From Octopus sinensis (Eukaryota), in the NCBI RefSeq assembly GCF_006345805.1, contig NC_043004.1, forward strand, positions 30,132,001-30,196,000: a stretch of 64,000 bases of DNA, given 5' to 3'. The notes under the pieces are model-generated. The model did no database searches, was not told the origin of the DNA, and saw only the letters and a list, made by a program, of their open reading frames with translations. The translations under genes were made by a program, and so were the position numbers. Shown one piece after another: positions 10,656 through 25,815 of this stretch (position 1 is the first letter of the stretch; each line of letters starts with the position of its first letter).

Positions 10656-11935
10656 CTAGCACAAGTACCTGATCAAATGCCCAAGCAATAACTTGATTTT
10701 CAGCAATGAGTAATTAAGGGTAAAATTCAGCCATGTTGAATAAATATTTTATTAATAAATTAAACATAATTTTATTAATAATTGTCCCTTTAAATAACTT
10801 TACTCTCAGGTTTATGTTATACAGAATGTATCATTCTGATAAGACCTCTTAGTTAACCACATTCTTTGTTTGGTTATTTAGAGCCATGATAATTTATTTC
10901 TTGGCATTCACAGTTCTAAAAATTGCAATGTTTAAATGTCTATGAGAGAAGCACAAGGCTGGGAGATCCAAACTGATTGCTTTAAAGATCTGTTCTTGTG
11001 TCACAACGAAACACAGCTTGCATCTAAATTGGAAACACCTAAGTTTGAAGGAGAGCTTAGTGACTAATGGTAGTAGGAATGTAGTATCACTTTTGTAGGG
11101 ATCACAGGAAATAATAGCTTCAGAGACATTAGCATGGAGCCAAGAGGAAATGCACTGAGTGTCATTCACTACTTTTGTTAGATCCATATTCTTCCCAGTC
11201 ATGGTGGAAGGTGTGGGGCAATGTTAAGTTTCAGGATGTGAGAGTGCATTCCCAAGAGCTGAGTGGAATTTAAGATCTCCACTGGATAGTTAACAACATC
11301 TTCATCTCTGACAAATTTTCCCAATAACTAACTGTTGAACTGGTTGACATTGGAATTTTTAAGGAGACAGTAATGCTGTTTCAGTAAAACACTCAAACCT
11401 GATTTCATTGGCAGCAATGCAAAGAAAAACTTCAGCTTTGAGCTGCTCTAGAGATAAAACTGTTTTCCTCAATTGCTGAGAAATATTAATGGTGCCAGGT
11501 TCTGCCACAATAGAGATCTGATCATCATCAATTTCTGGTAATAGCCTCACAAAAGTTAGTAGTTCTCCCTTCAACTGATAGGCAAGTTCTCATGTTAGTC
11601 ATCAAGGACTTGATAGTAATGATACATCATAAATAAGAAGTTTCCAGGTTCACATTGATGGTCTGTGACCTTGTGCCATGCTTCAAACTTCTGATCATGT
11701 TCTATGACTGTCATTGAGACTCCATGGATGTGTAGTGCTAGTTTCACAGATCCCAACCTTATTTGCTTTTGTTTTTCAATCTTTTTTTCTTTTTGCTTTT
11801 GTTCAGCTTTGTTTATGGCATGCCTCTTTCTTTTCACTGTTCTGTTTCACTGGCTCCTTTTGACTTCTTCCTTTAAGCATCTTGGTGTCTGTAGAAGGTG
11901 ATTTTAAAGAGCTGAAGCTTCTTTCTCCAGGAACC
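10656..11935 (-). mobile_element. Helitron remnant (second family): PIF1 helicase plus 3' terminus
   Basis: YPVEILNSTQLLGMHSHILKL, LHANVSEAII and LSFKLRCFQFRCKLCF..QEQIFKAISLDL..CFSHRHLNIA match decayed PIF1 motifs. The 3' end reads gcttgggcatttgatcaggtacttgtgCTAG-T into a (TG)n tract. Confidence 0.8.
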
Positions 11936-13388
11936 ATTGTTCAAAAGATAGAATGAAAAAGTTAAAAGTTTTATATGATTTTCAAATTTAAAATCTGGCC
12001 TTAATGTTTCTCTATGGCAGTACGAGGTCAATTTGAGCTTTTGGGTGGACAAGTATGCATGATCACAAACATATAAAAGTAACTGTTTTATTTTATTGAA
12101 GAAGATACAGAATTTGAAATTTTAAAAAATATTTACCATAGATCGATTATTTGTCATTTTATGGGTTTAAAATTAAAACAAACTTTGCACAGACTGAATG
12201 TACTTATATATAAAGTTATAGAATGGGTTTGGTGATGTAAACAGGAAAAAATAACTAGTTTGATAAGAGCTTACACATAAAACTCTCAGCCCTTGAGTTA
12301 CTCTGTTGCTTCTGCTAACTATTAATAAAAATAGAAAGTTATAGAATGAAAATTTGGTATAAAACAATAAAGTAACTCATACTAAGAGAATAAAAAATAT
12401 TTATGTCAGTAAAATAAGGAAAAACTATCTCACTTGATATTGATTTAATTTGAATTTTACATAAACAATAAAATTTTTTTATAAAATTAGTATAAAATAT
12501 TAATGTTCAAACAAATCAATAACTTTATTTACACTATAAATGTCAATATATTATTTCTTTATACAAATTTAAAATTAAAATTTTAAAATCTTCTAGCCTT
12601 TATAAGCATTTTCCGATCCGCATGAATTGTTTTGTCTTTCGAAAAAAATTCATAGAAACATGTCTCTATATAAAATTCTTTGAACTCTTTAAAAATTTTG
12701 AACCCCTTAAAAAATTTTCTGCTTCGATTGAAAGTTAAAACTTTTTGAACTCCCCACTGAAATTTTTCAGCTTCTACTAAAAATTTTATGCACTTTCTAA
12801 AAACCATGTGCCTTCCTCCCTCAAAAAATTTCTGCTTCTCCTAAAAATGCTGTACCTTTTGTAAACAGCTAATAATAAAATATCAAATTATCAGAATAAT
12901 ATTATCAAGTAACATATCAAATTTCACATTGATATATTACATAAGAGAAGGGGGACACTTTTCAGGGACAGAACAGATGAAAAGGGTATTTGGTTTTTCT
13001 CCCCAGTTGATTCTAGTTTAGTCAGTTGGTTTAACTTTAGTATACCCAATTCATGAGCTTTTCAGTGGACACATATTGCACTCATGGTTGTAGAAATACA
13101 CACAACCACTTATATATAACATTACTATAATTCCTCTTATTCTTCATAATTTTAATAGAATATTATAATCTAATGATGGGCAATTAATTTTATTGAACTT
13201 TTCCATTCAGCTATGTCCAATGATTGCAAATTTTATCTCGTCATCTCTTGAAGGATTTTGGCAGGAAACCATTCAGTAAAATTAATTGGCTGATTGGCTG
13301 TCATAAAACTATAATAATATATGTTTTCTACTATCTCAAATATGAATGCCTGTTTTCTTTTTTTCTGACTCATGAAAGCTAAGTGGAC

Positions 13389-13424
<36 letters not shown>

Positions 13425-13454
13425 TTATATATATATATATATACACACACAGAG

Positions 13455-13489
<35 letters not shown>

Positions 13490-13493
<4 letters not shown>

Positions 13494-13735
13494 TTCATGA
13501 TCACAAAATCACAGTTTTGATTCATTGACTGTGCAGTGCATTGTGTTTTTTGAGCAAAACACTTCATCTCACGGCATCTGATGAGTGACATACTGTGCAG
13601 CTGTATAGTGATTGTTGATTTGATGGAGGGGAGTCAGCTGATGTACACCACAAATTTTTTGATCACTATAAACAAATCAACTGTGCACGTTGTCTAGCAA
13701 GAAGTTGCAGAATCCTCATCATCTATCATCTATGA
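13490..13735 (+). mobile_element. Decayed tRNA-derived SINE
   Basis: B-box-like gttttgattc followed by ttgtgttttttgagcaaaacacttc, resembling the SINE head at 35362. Confidence 0.55.
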
Positions 13736-13791
13736 CAGGAGAGTCCACAACACACACATGCACACATGTGCATGCATACACACACACAACA

Positions 13792-13825
<34 letters not shown>

Positions 13826-13953
13826 TTGTCATCATCATCATCATCATGTAATGTCTGTTTTCCATGTTGGCATGAGTTGGACGGTTTGACAGGAGCTGAC
13901 CAGCTGTAGGGCCGTTCAAGCTCTAATACATATACAAATCTCTGTATTTCATT

Positions 13954-13984
<31 letters not shown>

Positions 13985-14311
13985 TCATTTAGCATCCATT
14001 TTCCATGCTGGCATGGGTTGGGCAGTTTGCCCAGAGCTGGTAAGGCCAGGGGCTACATCAGGTTTGATTGTCTGTTCTGGCATGGTTTGTACAGCTGGAT
14101 GCCCTTTCTAATACCAACCACTCTATAGAATGTACTGGGTACTTTTAATGTGGCACCAGCACCGGTATTAACTCTGCTGTGGTGGGCAGGTCTTCTCCAG
14201 CATGGCAGTGTGCTAGATATCGTGGTCCTAAAGGTGGCAAGCTGGTAGAAACATTAGCATGCCAGGCAAAATGCTTAGAGGTATTTTGTTTGTCTTTACA
14301 TTCTGAGTTTC

Positions 14312-14343
<32 letters not shown>

Positions 14344-14548
14344 GAAAGAATAGAGTTGAACAACGATTTAACAAAATTCCTTTATTCTCAACATATGTTT
14401 CGAAACTGCATATTCCAAATTTCGAAGGAATAAGGGGTGCATTATGCCGCCTTGGCATGTAGCTTCAACCGTGTTTTTCTGACGTGAATTTGCTACCCGG
14501 GTATCGGTTAACCGAATTATCCATACTAGGATAATTCATTCAACTACC

Positions 14549-14862
<314 letters not shown>

Positions 14863-14873
14863 CTATATATATA

Positions 14874-14919
<46 letters not shown>

Positions 14920-15556
14920 TATATATCTTTGATTAATGAGGAACAGAAGATGAAATATATGAGAATGTTTATTGATCACTGCAATTGTTTCGATCCATCT
15001 AGATAGATAGATAAACAGAGAGCTTTGTGGGTGAATTTGGTCGATGGAAACTGAGAGAAGCCTGTTATATATTTGTTTGTGTATGTGCACGTGTGCATGC
15101 ATGTCTGTGTGTATTTTCCACTTGTGACTCTCCAAAGATCACTGAGTTTCAAGCTGTGTCATTGTTGTCATTTCCTCTGTCAAAAAAATCATCATTGACC
15201 TGTTTTGCACTAATGAAGGCACGTGGTATAAGAGACCCCTTACCTGAAAACAGGTAAGCAGCAAGGAAGGCATCTGCTTATAAAACAATGCGTAAGTAAT
15301 ATATTTGTTTAAAGCATGCCAGCATGGGAAAAAAGATATAAATTCAAACCAACACATCAAAAAGACAAAAAGGATATCAAGCAAAAACAAACCAACATAT
15401 ATATTATCACACACATACACATACACACAGGCACAAACATACACATACACACACATATGTTTGTAATTACATACATGTAATAGGCTTTCAACGGAAATCT
15501 TCTTAAGGAATAATTCAACAATTCTTGTAATATTAAAATACCTTTTCCCTAGTTGC

Positions 15557-15601
15557 ATATTACACATACATACGTGTATAAAATCTGATTATATGTAAGT
15601 G

Positions 15602-15642
<41 letters not shown>

Positions 15643-15661
15643 CACACATATATATATATAC

Positions 15662-15722
<61 letters not shown>

Positions 15723-15857
15723 ATATACATATATATATATACATATATATATACATATATATCATATAGGCATATATGTATACATATACAACATATATAC
15801 ATACATGTATATATATATATACATTACATAATATGCATATATACATATATACATACA

Positions 15858-15946
<89 letters not shown>

Positions 15947-15957
15947 ATATATATATA

Positions 15958-16014
<57 letters not shown>

Positions 16015-16031
16015 TATATTATATTATATGA

Positions 16032-16063
<32 letters not shown>

Positions 16064-16573
16064 ATATATATATATATATATATAATATATATATACTATA
16101 TATATAGATATATGCATATATATGTAGATATATATGTAGATATATATGTATATATCTGTGTGTGTGTGCATGTGTGTATGTATGTATATGTATATATGCA
16201 TATATATGTATGTGTATATATATATAATATATATATATGCATGTATGTATATGTATATATGCATATATATGTATGTGTATATATATATATACATGTATGT
16301 ACATATGTAGTATATGTATACATATATGCCTATATGATATATATGTATATTATATGTATATATATATATGTAATATATGTATATATATTATATATTATAT
16401 ATAGCAATGTATATATATATGTATAATATATATGTGTGTTATATATATATATATCTATATATATATATAATATACATGTACACTTACATATAATCAGATT
16501 TTATACACGATATATATATATATATATATATAATATATATATATAATATTATATATATATATATAATATATAT

Positions 16574-16617
<44 letters not shown>

Positions 16618-16673
16618 CATAATATATATATACATATATAATATACATAATATATATATATATATATATACCT

Positions 16674-16730
<57 letters not shown>
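15557..16730. repeat. Long (TA)n microsatellite containing a ~940-bp foldback
   Basis: cgtgtataaaatctgattatatgtaagtgtacatgtata (15573-15611) is the reverse complement of 16471-16509. An inner pair lies at ~15760-15810 and ~16290-16345. Confidence 0.9.
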
Positions 16731-16734
<4 letters not shown>

Positions 16735-17881
16735 TTCTGTTATCACTTAGAATCATATCAGTAGAGTACATTCTCATGAGATCTACACCTTTCAAGTATC
16801 TTAAATTTCCCCACTACAACAATTCGCATTTACTGCTTGTTTTTCTGATAATTCATTTTCCATTACATCTGTCTTGTAAAATATTCCCAGGAAGCAACTA
16901 ATTTTTTTACTTTTTCGATATTTTCTTTATTGCTTTTTCTTTTGGTATCATTTTTGAAGCAAAGAAATATGATTTTTTCTGTTTATGTTCATTCTTTCTG
17001 CTTCCCATCCACCACCATTGTTAATGACAAATGAATACATTTGTCAAATGACGAATGCAATTTCTCCATCTGAGAATCTGAAAATGACGAACGCAGCTAA
17101 AAATGTCTCCTACATCTAACAACATTGTAAGTCCTCAAAATAAAGACATTGAAAAATAAATGAAGTGATAAAATATAATTTATACATAAAAAACAATTTA
17201 TATATAAATCTCTGGGTTGGTGTCAATGTAGAAATGGTACCTATAATTCAACTGAGTACAACCCAATCTTCCTTTTTTCCAGTCTTGTTCCCACTCTCTC
17301 CTACTCATTTCATACCTTGGTAATCCACCTTGGCAGTCCACTTTGATAGTCCACCTTAACACTTCATCCCCATTATGATTATCTTTTTGTAGCTGCACCC
17401 TGATTACTCCCTCCCTCTGTTCTAATGTCATTAGCTATGTAGGTCCTCAACAACAAGAAGCCTGTTCTCTTCTGGCTCGTTCTCAGATTTTGACCCCTCA
17501 TCTCCTTGCTTAAATATACCTGCTCCCCTTTACTGTAGCTCCACTTTGTGAAAAGGGATCTTTGTCTTGCAGGTTACATGATGGCTTCAACTCGTGCTCA
17601 TGCTAAAAAAACAAACAAAATACAATCACCCAGTACACACTGTAAGGTGGTTGGAATTAGGAAGGGAATTCAGCTGTAGAAACCTTACCAACAGACATGG
17701 GAGCAAGCAGAATGCAATCCTTGGACCACTCGGACACTGTCAGACCATCCAGCCCATGTAAACATGGAGCATGGACGTTAAATGATGATAATGTTAATGC
17801 AACCATAACTAACATTATGAAAGAGAAACAGTTTCCTGAATTCCCTTTGTTGGATATATATATATAGACAGACAGACAGAC

Positions 17882-17970
<89 letters not shown>

Positions 17971-18610
17971 TACATATACATACACACATACTATATCTTT
18001 AGCCACTTATGCAGTGTTGAGCACTCATTTTCATTGTTCACCCACCCATGCTAGCATGGAAGTCAGACATTAAATGATCATGATAATGATGTTGATGATG
18101 ATTACAATATTGAATATCCAAGTTGAAAATCCATTTGGGTTCTTTTCATAATTTCAGAGGCCAGTAGAGTAATAGAGTAATGAGAAACTATGTACTGGGC
18201 TTACCCTTTCCCTCTGCCCCTTGAATTTGTAAAAAAAAAAAATATGATTGAAGAAATGAATACTTAGAGTTGAGGTCCTTTTAGAAAAAGCAACAAAATT
18301 TTCTTACAATTATACCTCACCACCATTTAAAAAATAACAGACATAGTTGACATTGTTATTTGCTACCTTCTCTTTTCCATTCTTTCCAAGCCTCTCTCTA
18401 CTCTTATATGGTCCTGTCAAATCACTGTCGCCCTTGCTCTGCCAGAGATTTTGTTCCATGCACAGATTTCGTCTGTCACTCTGTTGATTGTCCTGTAAGA
18501 ATTTCCAGTTGTCCTCTATGTCATACGTCTCTATCTCTTCCTCATAAATACATATATACATATGTGTGTGCATTTGTGTGTGTGTGTGTGTATAACAATA
18601 ATAAAAAAAA

Positions 18611-18986
18611 ATGAATGGATTACATGGTGACGCTCAATCATTTCATTAAGAGATTTTATTGCTTTGTAAGATCACACAAGTAGGTCTGTATGATGTACAA
18701 CATCTATAATATACTGCAGAACACAACAGAGAACCTATCAAACCATCAAGCTGTTCTGTATTGCAAAAGAGCAAATATCAACAGTACAGCATGTACTGTT
18801 CAAATCAAGAGAACCAATAGTTCCAAAATGGAATGAAGCTGGAATTAACCAGAAGCAGAGGTAACTCAATTAGGTTGTCATAGAAAGTAGACATTAGAAA
18901 AGGAAGTGGGCAGACATATATGGAATTGTTGCCTAAATATTGATTAGAATATAAAAAGAAACAGAGGCCAATAGTGGAGACATTTA

Positions 18987-19026
<40 letters not shown>

Positions 19027-19400
19027 GAAAGAATAAAATGCTGAGATATCTTTGGTGATAATGATACAAATAATAACAATTAAAGAGAAACAACAGAGTA
19101 TGATTAGCTTGAGCAAAATCAGAGACTTAATTGAACTAAATACACTTTTGATTAGCCTGTTATATATTTAGATTGTTGGTTTTCTCGACTCGATTGGCAC
19201 ATGCCATTGGACTATGCTGTCCAACATGTTGATAGTTACTCTAAGGCAATATGGTAGTCTCATGAGTTGATAGGTTCTCTGTTGTGTTTTGTAGTATCTT
19301 ATAGATGTTGCATGTCACATATGCTTGCCTGTACACTGTTATAATGCAATAAATTTCCTTGATGAATCAATTACACCAATACTATATATTCCATTTCGTA
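18611..19400. repeat. Diverged ~190-bp inverted repeat pair (18611-18800 / 19205-19400)
   Basis: For example tgataggttctctgttgtgtt..gtagtat.ttatagatgttg is shared in opposite orientation. A ttgatgaa remnant lies in the right arm. Confidence 0.8.
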
Positions 19401-19598
19401 TTTCTTTGTCCTTTTTCACTACACTCAGGTTTTCTTCAACTTTGGATAATCTTGGAGTTGTGGATTACCAAACATGAGTGAACCTCACGGATTGTTTACC
19501 TGTTGCTTTGTGCTTTATTAATTGTCATCAATATGGTGTGCTTCACTTCGATATGCTCCTGTTTTAATTCATCTTGCTATCTGTCTGTCTATCTCCCC

Positions 19599-19632
<34 letters not shown>

Positions 19633-19814
19633 CACCCATTACCGAAAGCTGAACAGTTATCTCCCTTACCCACAACAATAACAAGAATAACAACAACCAA
19701 TTACCTCCCTTTATTTATCTACTTGTGAAGTCATTCACTCGGGAATTTCATCACACACAACATGGACCAAATTTCTTCTTAAGAAAAAATATATATTCAA
19801 ATAAGTAAAACATA

Positions 19815-19849
19815 ATATCATGAATAGCGATAGCGAAACCAGTCGATAT
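19815..19849 (+). ncRNA. Decayed minimal hammerhead-like motif
   Basis: atatc-ATGAATA-GC-GATA-GC-GAAA-C-CA-G-TC-gatat. Stems I, II and III and the GTC triplet are present; two core substitutions. Confidence 0.55.
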
Positions 19850-19924
19850 ATTAAAAATTATATTAAAACTATGTAAGTGTGCGTATTTTCCTTTTTTAAT
19901 TTCTTATATAAATATATATATTTT

Positions 19925-21870
19925 AGTTTCAGCTCAAACCTGTGGCCATGCTGGGGCACTACCATTTTGCTACACTGTTACTATAGAGAGCCTCCTCTAA
20001 TATTTGGCATTTGGTGAATAAAGGTCCTACCCTCATTTGCACCTCTTGTCACGAGGTAGGTTCATCTGGGACTTTTGACAGGAAGAGGTCCAGTTTTGAT
20101 TTGAAAACACCTACATCCACTTTATGTAGATCCCTCAGGCTCTTTGGGACAATATTAAAAAGCTGAAACCCAGGTTTTTTGCAGCAACTGGTCCTGAAGT
20201 GTGATGGCATTGCTGGAATCTTTGGTACTGTGCAGTGTCGACCCGTTCTGGCATTTATGTAGCTTTCAATGATAAAATTTGGTACAATTCCTTCCAGGAT
20301 CATCCAGATTTGTATTACTGTATTACCTGCATTACCAGATGTGTATTACCTCTCCTGCCTTTGCTCCAGGGAGTAGAGTCTTAGCTGTTTCAGTCTTTTC
20401 CAGTAGATGAGCTGTTGCAATGAGACGATCTTCTTTGTGAAGCTTCGCTGGATTGCTTCAAGGTCCACTGTTAATTTCACACTGTTGGGTGACCGTAGCT
20501 GGGAGCAATAATCCAGGTGACTGAGGGCAAATGTCCTCCAGATGACCATCATAGTTTCCTTCTCTCTGGTTCTGAACATTCTTAGGATCCATCCAGCCAG
20601 TCGTCTGCACTTTGTCACCATCCTGGTAATGTGCAGTTGGAAAGAGGTATCATCACTCATGTCAATACCTAGGTCCCTCACTGATTTAAGTTCTGGGATT
20701 GTAATCCCCTGTGAAACAGTGTACCCTGTAAGTTTTATATTCAGTTTTGGACAATGGTAGTGCAGGGTTTGGAATTTTTCAGCATTAAACTGCATTTTAT
20801 TGTCCTCAGCCCATCTGTAAATTGAGTCCAACTTCTGCTGCAGGTGTACAACATTGCTAGGGTTCTGTATTTTCTGCGAGACTTCTATATCATCTGCATA
20901 GCTAGCAAGGGTGGATATCCGGGCAGCTGATGGCATATCTGAGAGGGCTACTATGAAAAGCAGTGGTCCCGAGACATTGCCCTGTGGAACACCGCTTACT
21001 ATTTGTATTTTCTTTGAGGTGGCTCCATTGGCCACTACTACCTGACTTTCAGAAAGTCATGCAACCACTTTCCAAGTTTTCCAGCTATGCTGAGATCACA
21101 CAATTTGTGGCATATCATACCATGATCCACTTTATCAAACGCTTTTGCAAAGTCGAGATATACTACATCCACGTTTGAGTAGTTGAGTAACTGCCTCAAC
21201 ACCTAGTCATAGTGCTGTAAGAGATGAGTCAGGCAGCTCCTACCTGATTGAAAGCCATACTGGGTATCACTCAGCAAGTAATTTTTTTCAAGGAATGCGA
21301 TTAGTTTCTCTCTGCCTATCTGTTTATTGACTTTGCTGATGTGTGAAGTCAGAGAGATAGGCCTATAGCTTTTGGCATCTGCTCTGCTTCCTCCTTAATG
21401 GATTGGGCATATTATTCTCTCCTTCAGTTTGCCTGGCAGCCTGCAATTTGCAAGAAAGCTCTGGAAGAGAATCTTGAGGGGTTTCACCAGGGCACGCTTA
21501 CATGATTTGAGGAAGATTGCTGAGAAACCATCAGGACCAGCAATTGAGTTTGCGTCCACCTCATCCATGGCTAGTAGTATATCTTCTTCTCTAATGTTGA
21601 TGTAACCCATCATAACTGTCTTGCTGAGGCAGCAAAGAAATCTAGTTGTTCATTCACTTGTCTGTGTTCCAACGGGGTGGTAAAGACACTTTTGAACTGG
21701 TCATTCAGTACTTCACTGATCCTGGTTGGACTATCTGGGAGGGAGCCATCCTTTTGGAAGAGGAGTCCTATTTTGCAGTTTACTGAGGCTGTTTCTTTGG
21801 CATAATGAAAGAAGGCCTTGGGTTTGACATAATGTTTTTTATAACCCAGGCTTCTTTGTCAGCTCTCTCC
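19925..21870 (-). mobile_element. CR1/L2-group LINE ORF2 remnant (RT)
   Basis: AGPDGFSAIFLK, DFAKAFDKVDH, SGVPQGNVSGPLLF, YADD, VRDLGI, HLDYCS, LEAIQRSFTK, RLKQLRLYSLEQR, FKSKLDLFLSKVPDEP. Confidence 0.92.
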
Positions 21871-23213
21871 CTCTATACACACATACACACACAGAGAAAG
21901 TTTTTGTAGTGATGTACAGATATTGTATATTTAGAATTATAAGGTAGTCAGAATGTTGGATAATTACATATATTTTTAATTTATTTACATTTTATTTACA
22001 ATTTTAGCATTTTCTTCCATTATCAGATTTATCAAAAAATTGTTTAAAGTTAGATTTCTTGGCCTTTTTATATATATAAAAAATTTTGTGGTGGTTGCCA
22101 AGCAAGGGAGAAGGAAACATTTTTTTGAGGAGGGGAGGTAAAGAGGCAGGGCTTTTGTATTGGTATGGTCAAACTTGTTCATTTAGTACTTAGTGGCCTT
22201 ATAAGGTGGGGAAGGAAAAAGAATTTTTGCATTTGAATTGGTGAAGGCTTTAATTGAAAAAACTAGATGTTTTTGACTTTCTTCTGTAAAAATTATTCTG
22301 AAAAAATTAATTCTGTAAAAATTAATTGGAGTAAGTTCAATTGGCTATTACCTCTGCTTGCTTCCTCAACATCAAGGGTAAATTGAAGGATGTTTGAGTG
22401 TCATACTTAAAAGTATTATTGTTATTAGCACGCTGGGCAAAATGTTTCATGGCATTTTGTCCATCTTTATGTTTTGAGTTACATTTCTGTCCTTCAATAT
22501 GGACAAATTGTTTGCATCCTGGATTAAGTCTTCGACCAATTTGGTCTAGTGGTCAAATTGAGAATAGCAGCTGCCTCTCCATGGAAGAGTGAGCTCCATA
22601 TCATACAGTAAAAGAAGACAAAAGAATGGGAAAGATCCAATGGTATCAAAAAATATCTTTGACTGAGTCAGTCCTCTGACATGAGCCCCAGAAAACACAT
22701 GTTGTTAATATGAAATAATAACTTGATTAAATTACAAAAAATAAAACCCCACAAATGTAGTAACGCTATTAGAATTGCTGAATAATTTATGCCAAGCTCT
22801 TATCTCAGAACTCATTAATTCTCTGTTTAGACAAGTGGTTAATCTTAAAGTAACTAAAGGAATGTTAACAGTATTAATAATTAAACCTTAATTATTTGAA
22901 ATTTATTTTGTACACAACATTTACAAATGAAGTTTTCACTATAAAAGTAACTATTAAAAAATTGTTAATGCTTAAAATTGAAGTAAATAGTAAAAAAGCA
23001 ATAAAACCCCAAGTCTTACAACCTGCAGGTACAATTAAACAATAGATAAAGGTGCACTGAATGTATGGTTTCAATTCCTGATAATGGATGTGAAAGTACA
23101 AATTATTTGCTGTGCATTAATCAGAAATCCTAAGTCCAGCAAAAAGAAATGAATATTGAATAGAGACTGTGACTAACACCATAACATGTTGTTAGGTTCA
23201 TGGTGACTTATTT

Positions 23214-23442
23214 CTTAACCTTTTAGCATTCAGATTTCTTTGTTAAATTTATTGCTTATCTATTCTCATTCTTCTGAATTAATCACACATTATTTTGTGG
23301 TTTCAAAATTTCAATGGTGTGCTTGCATAGTTTTAGAAGGACATTGTAGGGTATGTGCAAGAGGTTGGATCTGGTCAGTTTTAACATAAAACAAATTGAA
23401 CATTTGGGTTGCATATGGCCAGTTTAAATGTTAAAGGGTCAA
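23214..23442. mobile_element. TTAA-flanked MITE (piggyBac-type ends)
   Basis: ttaaccttttagcatt...aatgttaaagggtcaa; homologous to 24158-24386. Confidence 0.75.
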
Positions 23443-23560
23443 ACTGGGTTTGATTTCCCATCACTTATATTGCTAAAGATGAGGGTTCATGCCCCATAAG
23501 CAGCCTTTGTCTTTTTTTCATCCAAAGGTATTTTTAATACAATATTCTACATGCTATTAT

Positions 23561-23784
23561 TTAAACCCTTCATTATCATATTTCTGTTGATATACAAAGC
23601 TTTTGCTTCAATTAATTTTGAAAATAATGAAGAATTTAGAAAAAATAACTTTGCCATTACTAAGCTTGTTTGGAACATATTTTAACATGAAATTTTGAGG
23701 GAAAGTTTTGGATCACTTTAAAACAAAAAGTTTGTACCATAGAACAAAGGACAATATCAGGCAGGTTGATATCAAAAGTGTTAA
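23561..23784. mobile_element. Second TTAA-type MITE family
   Basis: ttaaaccctttcattatc...gatatcaaaagtgttaa; imperfect TIRs. Confidence 0.5.
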
Positions 23785-24157
23785 AGCTTTGTTTAATATA
23801 AAAAATTATTTATTTATGATTATCACAATTTCCCTCAATACCCCTCTCACCTATAGTCAGACTTCTCACCTATATAAGAAATCACTATATTTTAATGAGT
23901 AGAAATGAATTTATGCATAACAACTTCTTCAATTAAAGATGATTTTACAGCAAGAAGTATAATGCTAAAAAGAAATATGATTTTAAATTTATCTGTTTTC
24001 TTGAAATTTAAATATGATTTATTCAGAAATGATTTTATTAAAATTAAATTCTCACCTCTAACCAACTGTCACTCTTCTTTCACACTCTCACAAAGCTATC
24101 CATCCAGGCATCTTCATCTCTTTCTTCCCATTCTCTGTCTGTCTATCTTCTTATACT

Positions 24158-24386
24158 TTAACCCTTTAGTGTTCGCATTATTCTACCAAAATTAATGCTT
24201 TTTCATCCACATTGCTTCGAACTAATCATGCATTATCTTGTAGCTTTGAGATTTTGATGAGGTAGCAGTTAATTTTTAAAACAATATTGTAGGGTTGGTG
24301 TGAGAGACCAGATCTGGCCAGTTTGAACATAAAACAGGCAGAATACTTTTGGCCAGATATGGCCAGTTTAAATGCTAAAGGGTTAA
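24158..24386. mobile_element. TTAA-flanked MITE (piggyBac-type ends)
   Basis: TTAA-CCCTTTAG...CTAAAGGG-TTAA. A reversed copy lies at ~43548-43755. Confidence 0.82.
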
Positions 24387-25531
24387 GGATATGCCCTGAT
24401 ACACCATCTCTACCATCCTTTCTTCTTTTCCTGTTGAAGCAGCTGTGAATCTTCTCTGTTACAAGATACCTGTTTCTGTTCTTCCATCATACTTTAGCCT
24501 CTCAGCATATGACACTAAGTCACCTTCCTCAATGCTGCACCTCTCCTCTGCCAAGGGATCTTGTCTTGCAGGTTATATGGTAGTGATTGGATATTTTGTT
24601 TTTTCCCCTTCCTATACCCAACTATTAATTCTTACTGAATTAACCCTTACTCATATATATTTTTAAAAGCTATTATAAAAACAGGAGAAATTCAAGTTGT
24701 GGAAGATAAGAAAATTAAATCAAATATTTATTCTCAGAATTGGAAATATACAATACAGATTATAATCATTTTGGAAATAACTAAAATGAAAGAAAGTTTT
24801 ATTACTTTTGATGTAATATCTGAAAGGGAAGGATATTGATTACTGGTTGCGATAGTACTGGAGAAACTTACAGGACTGAGAGATAAAAAGGAGTTTCAAA
24901 ACTGATACAGTTAATGTGTGAAGAAAAAAATAGTGGCTGATGGTTTATGTCATGTAGGGACACAGGTTGATATTGTTGATGAAATGATGACGATGATGAT
25001 GATAATGATGATGACAACAACAATAATAGTGTTAATGATGGTGATGATGATGAAAATAATAATAATAATCATAGCGATGATGGTCATGGTGATGATAAGA
25101 TTTCAAACCACAGATACTCTTCTATTTGTTAATCTGACAAAGGTTTCAAAGTATTGGTTTATTTGCCAACTGTACATAATCAGAGATAAGTTGCATTTTT
25201 ATTTACTTGAGAAACATGTGTGAAAAACCACGTGCAACACATCAACAGAACCTCACTACAGGTCTGAAATTTCAGCATGCACTAACATGCACATATACAT
25301 GCACAGTCACATGTGCACACATGCACACACACACACACACACACAGATAGGGCAAATGAATGTATTTGTAGTTATGGTAACTCATGTTGCTATTCAGTTT
25401 CTCTTCATATCAACATTGTGAACAAATATATGTCGATGATGTCATGCACATAAGCAAAAGTAACCGCATAATCAAAATTTGATTTTGCTACAAAACAAAC
25501 ACCTCTTTAAGGTACATACTCTTATGAATTC

Positions 25532-25532
<1 letters not shown>

Positions 25533-25563
<31 letters not shown>

Positions 25564-25564
25564 C

Positions 25565-25623
<59 letters not shown>

Positions 25624-25722
25624 ATATATATATGTGTATATGTGTATATATATGTGTATATATGTATATATATATTGTATATATATATATATATATATAT
25701 CTATATATATATATGTATATAT

Positions 25723-25757
<35 letters not shown>

Positions 25758-25815
25758 GTATATATATATATGTATATATATATGTATATATATATATGTA
25801 TATACATACATACAA

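Noticed and set aside
17030-17130. ATGACGA repeats resembling a hammerhead core
   Set aside because: No convincing stem II or GAAA.
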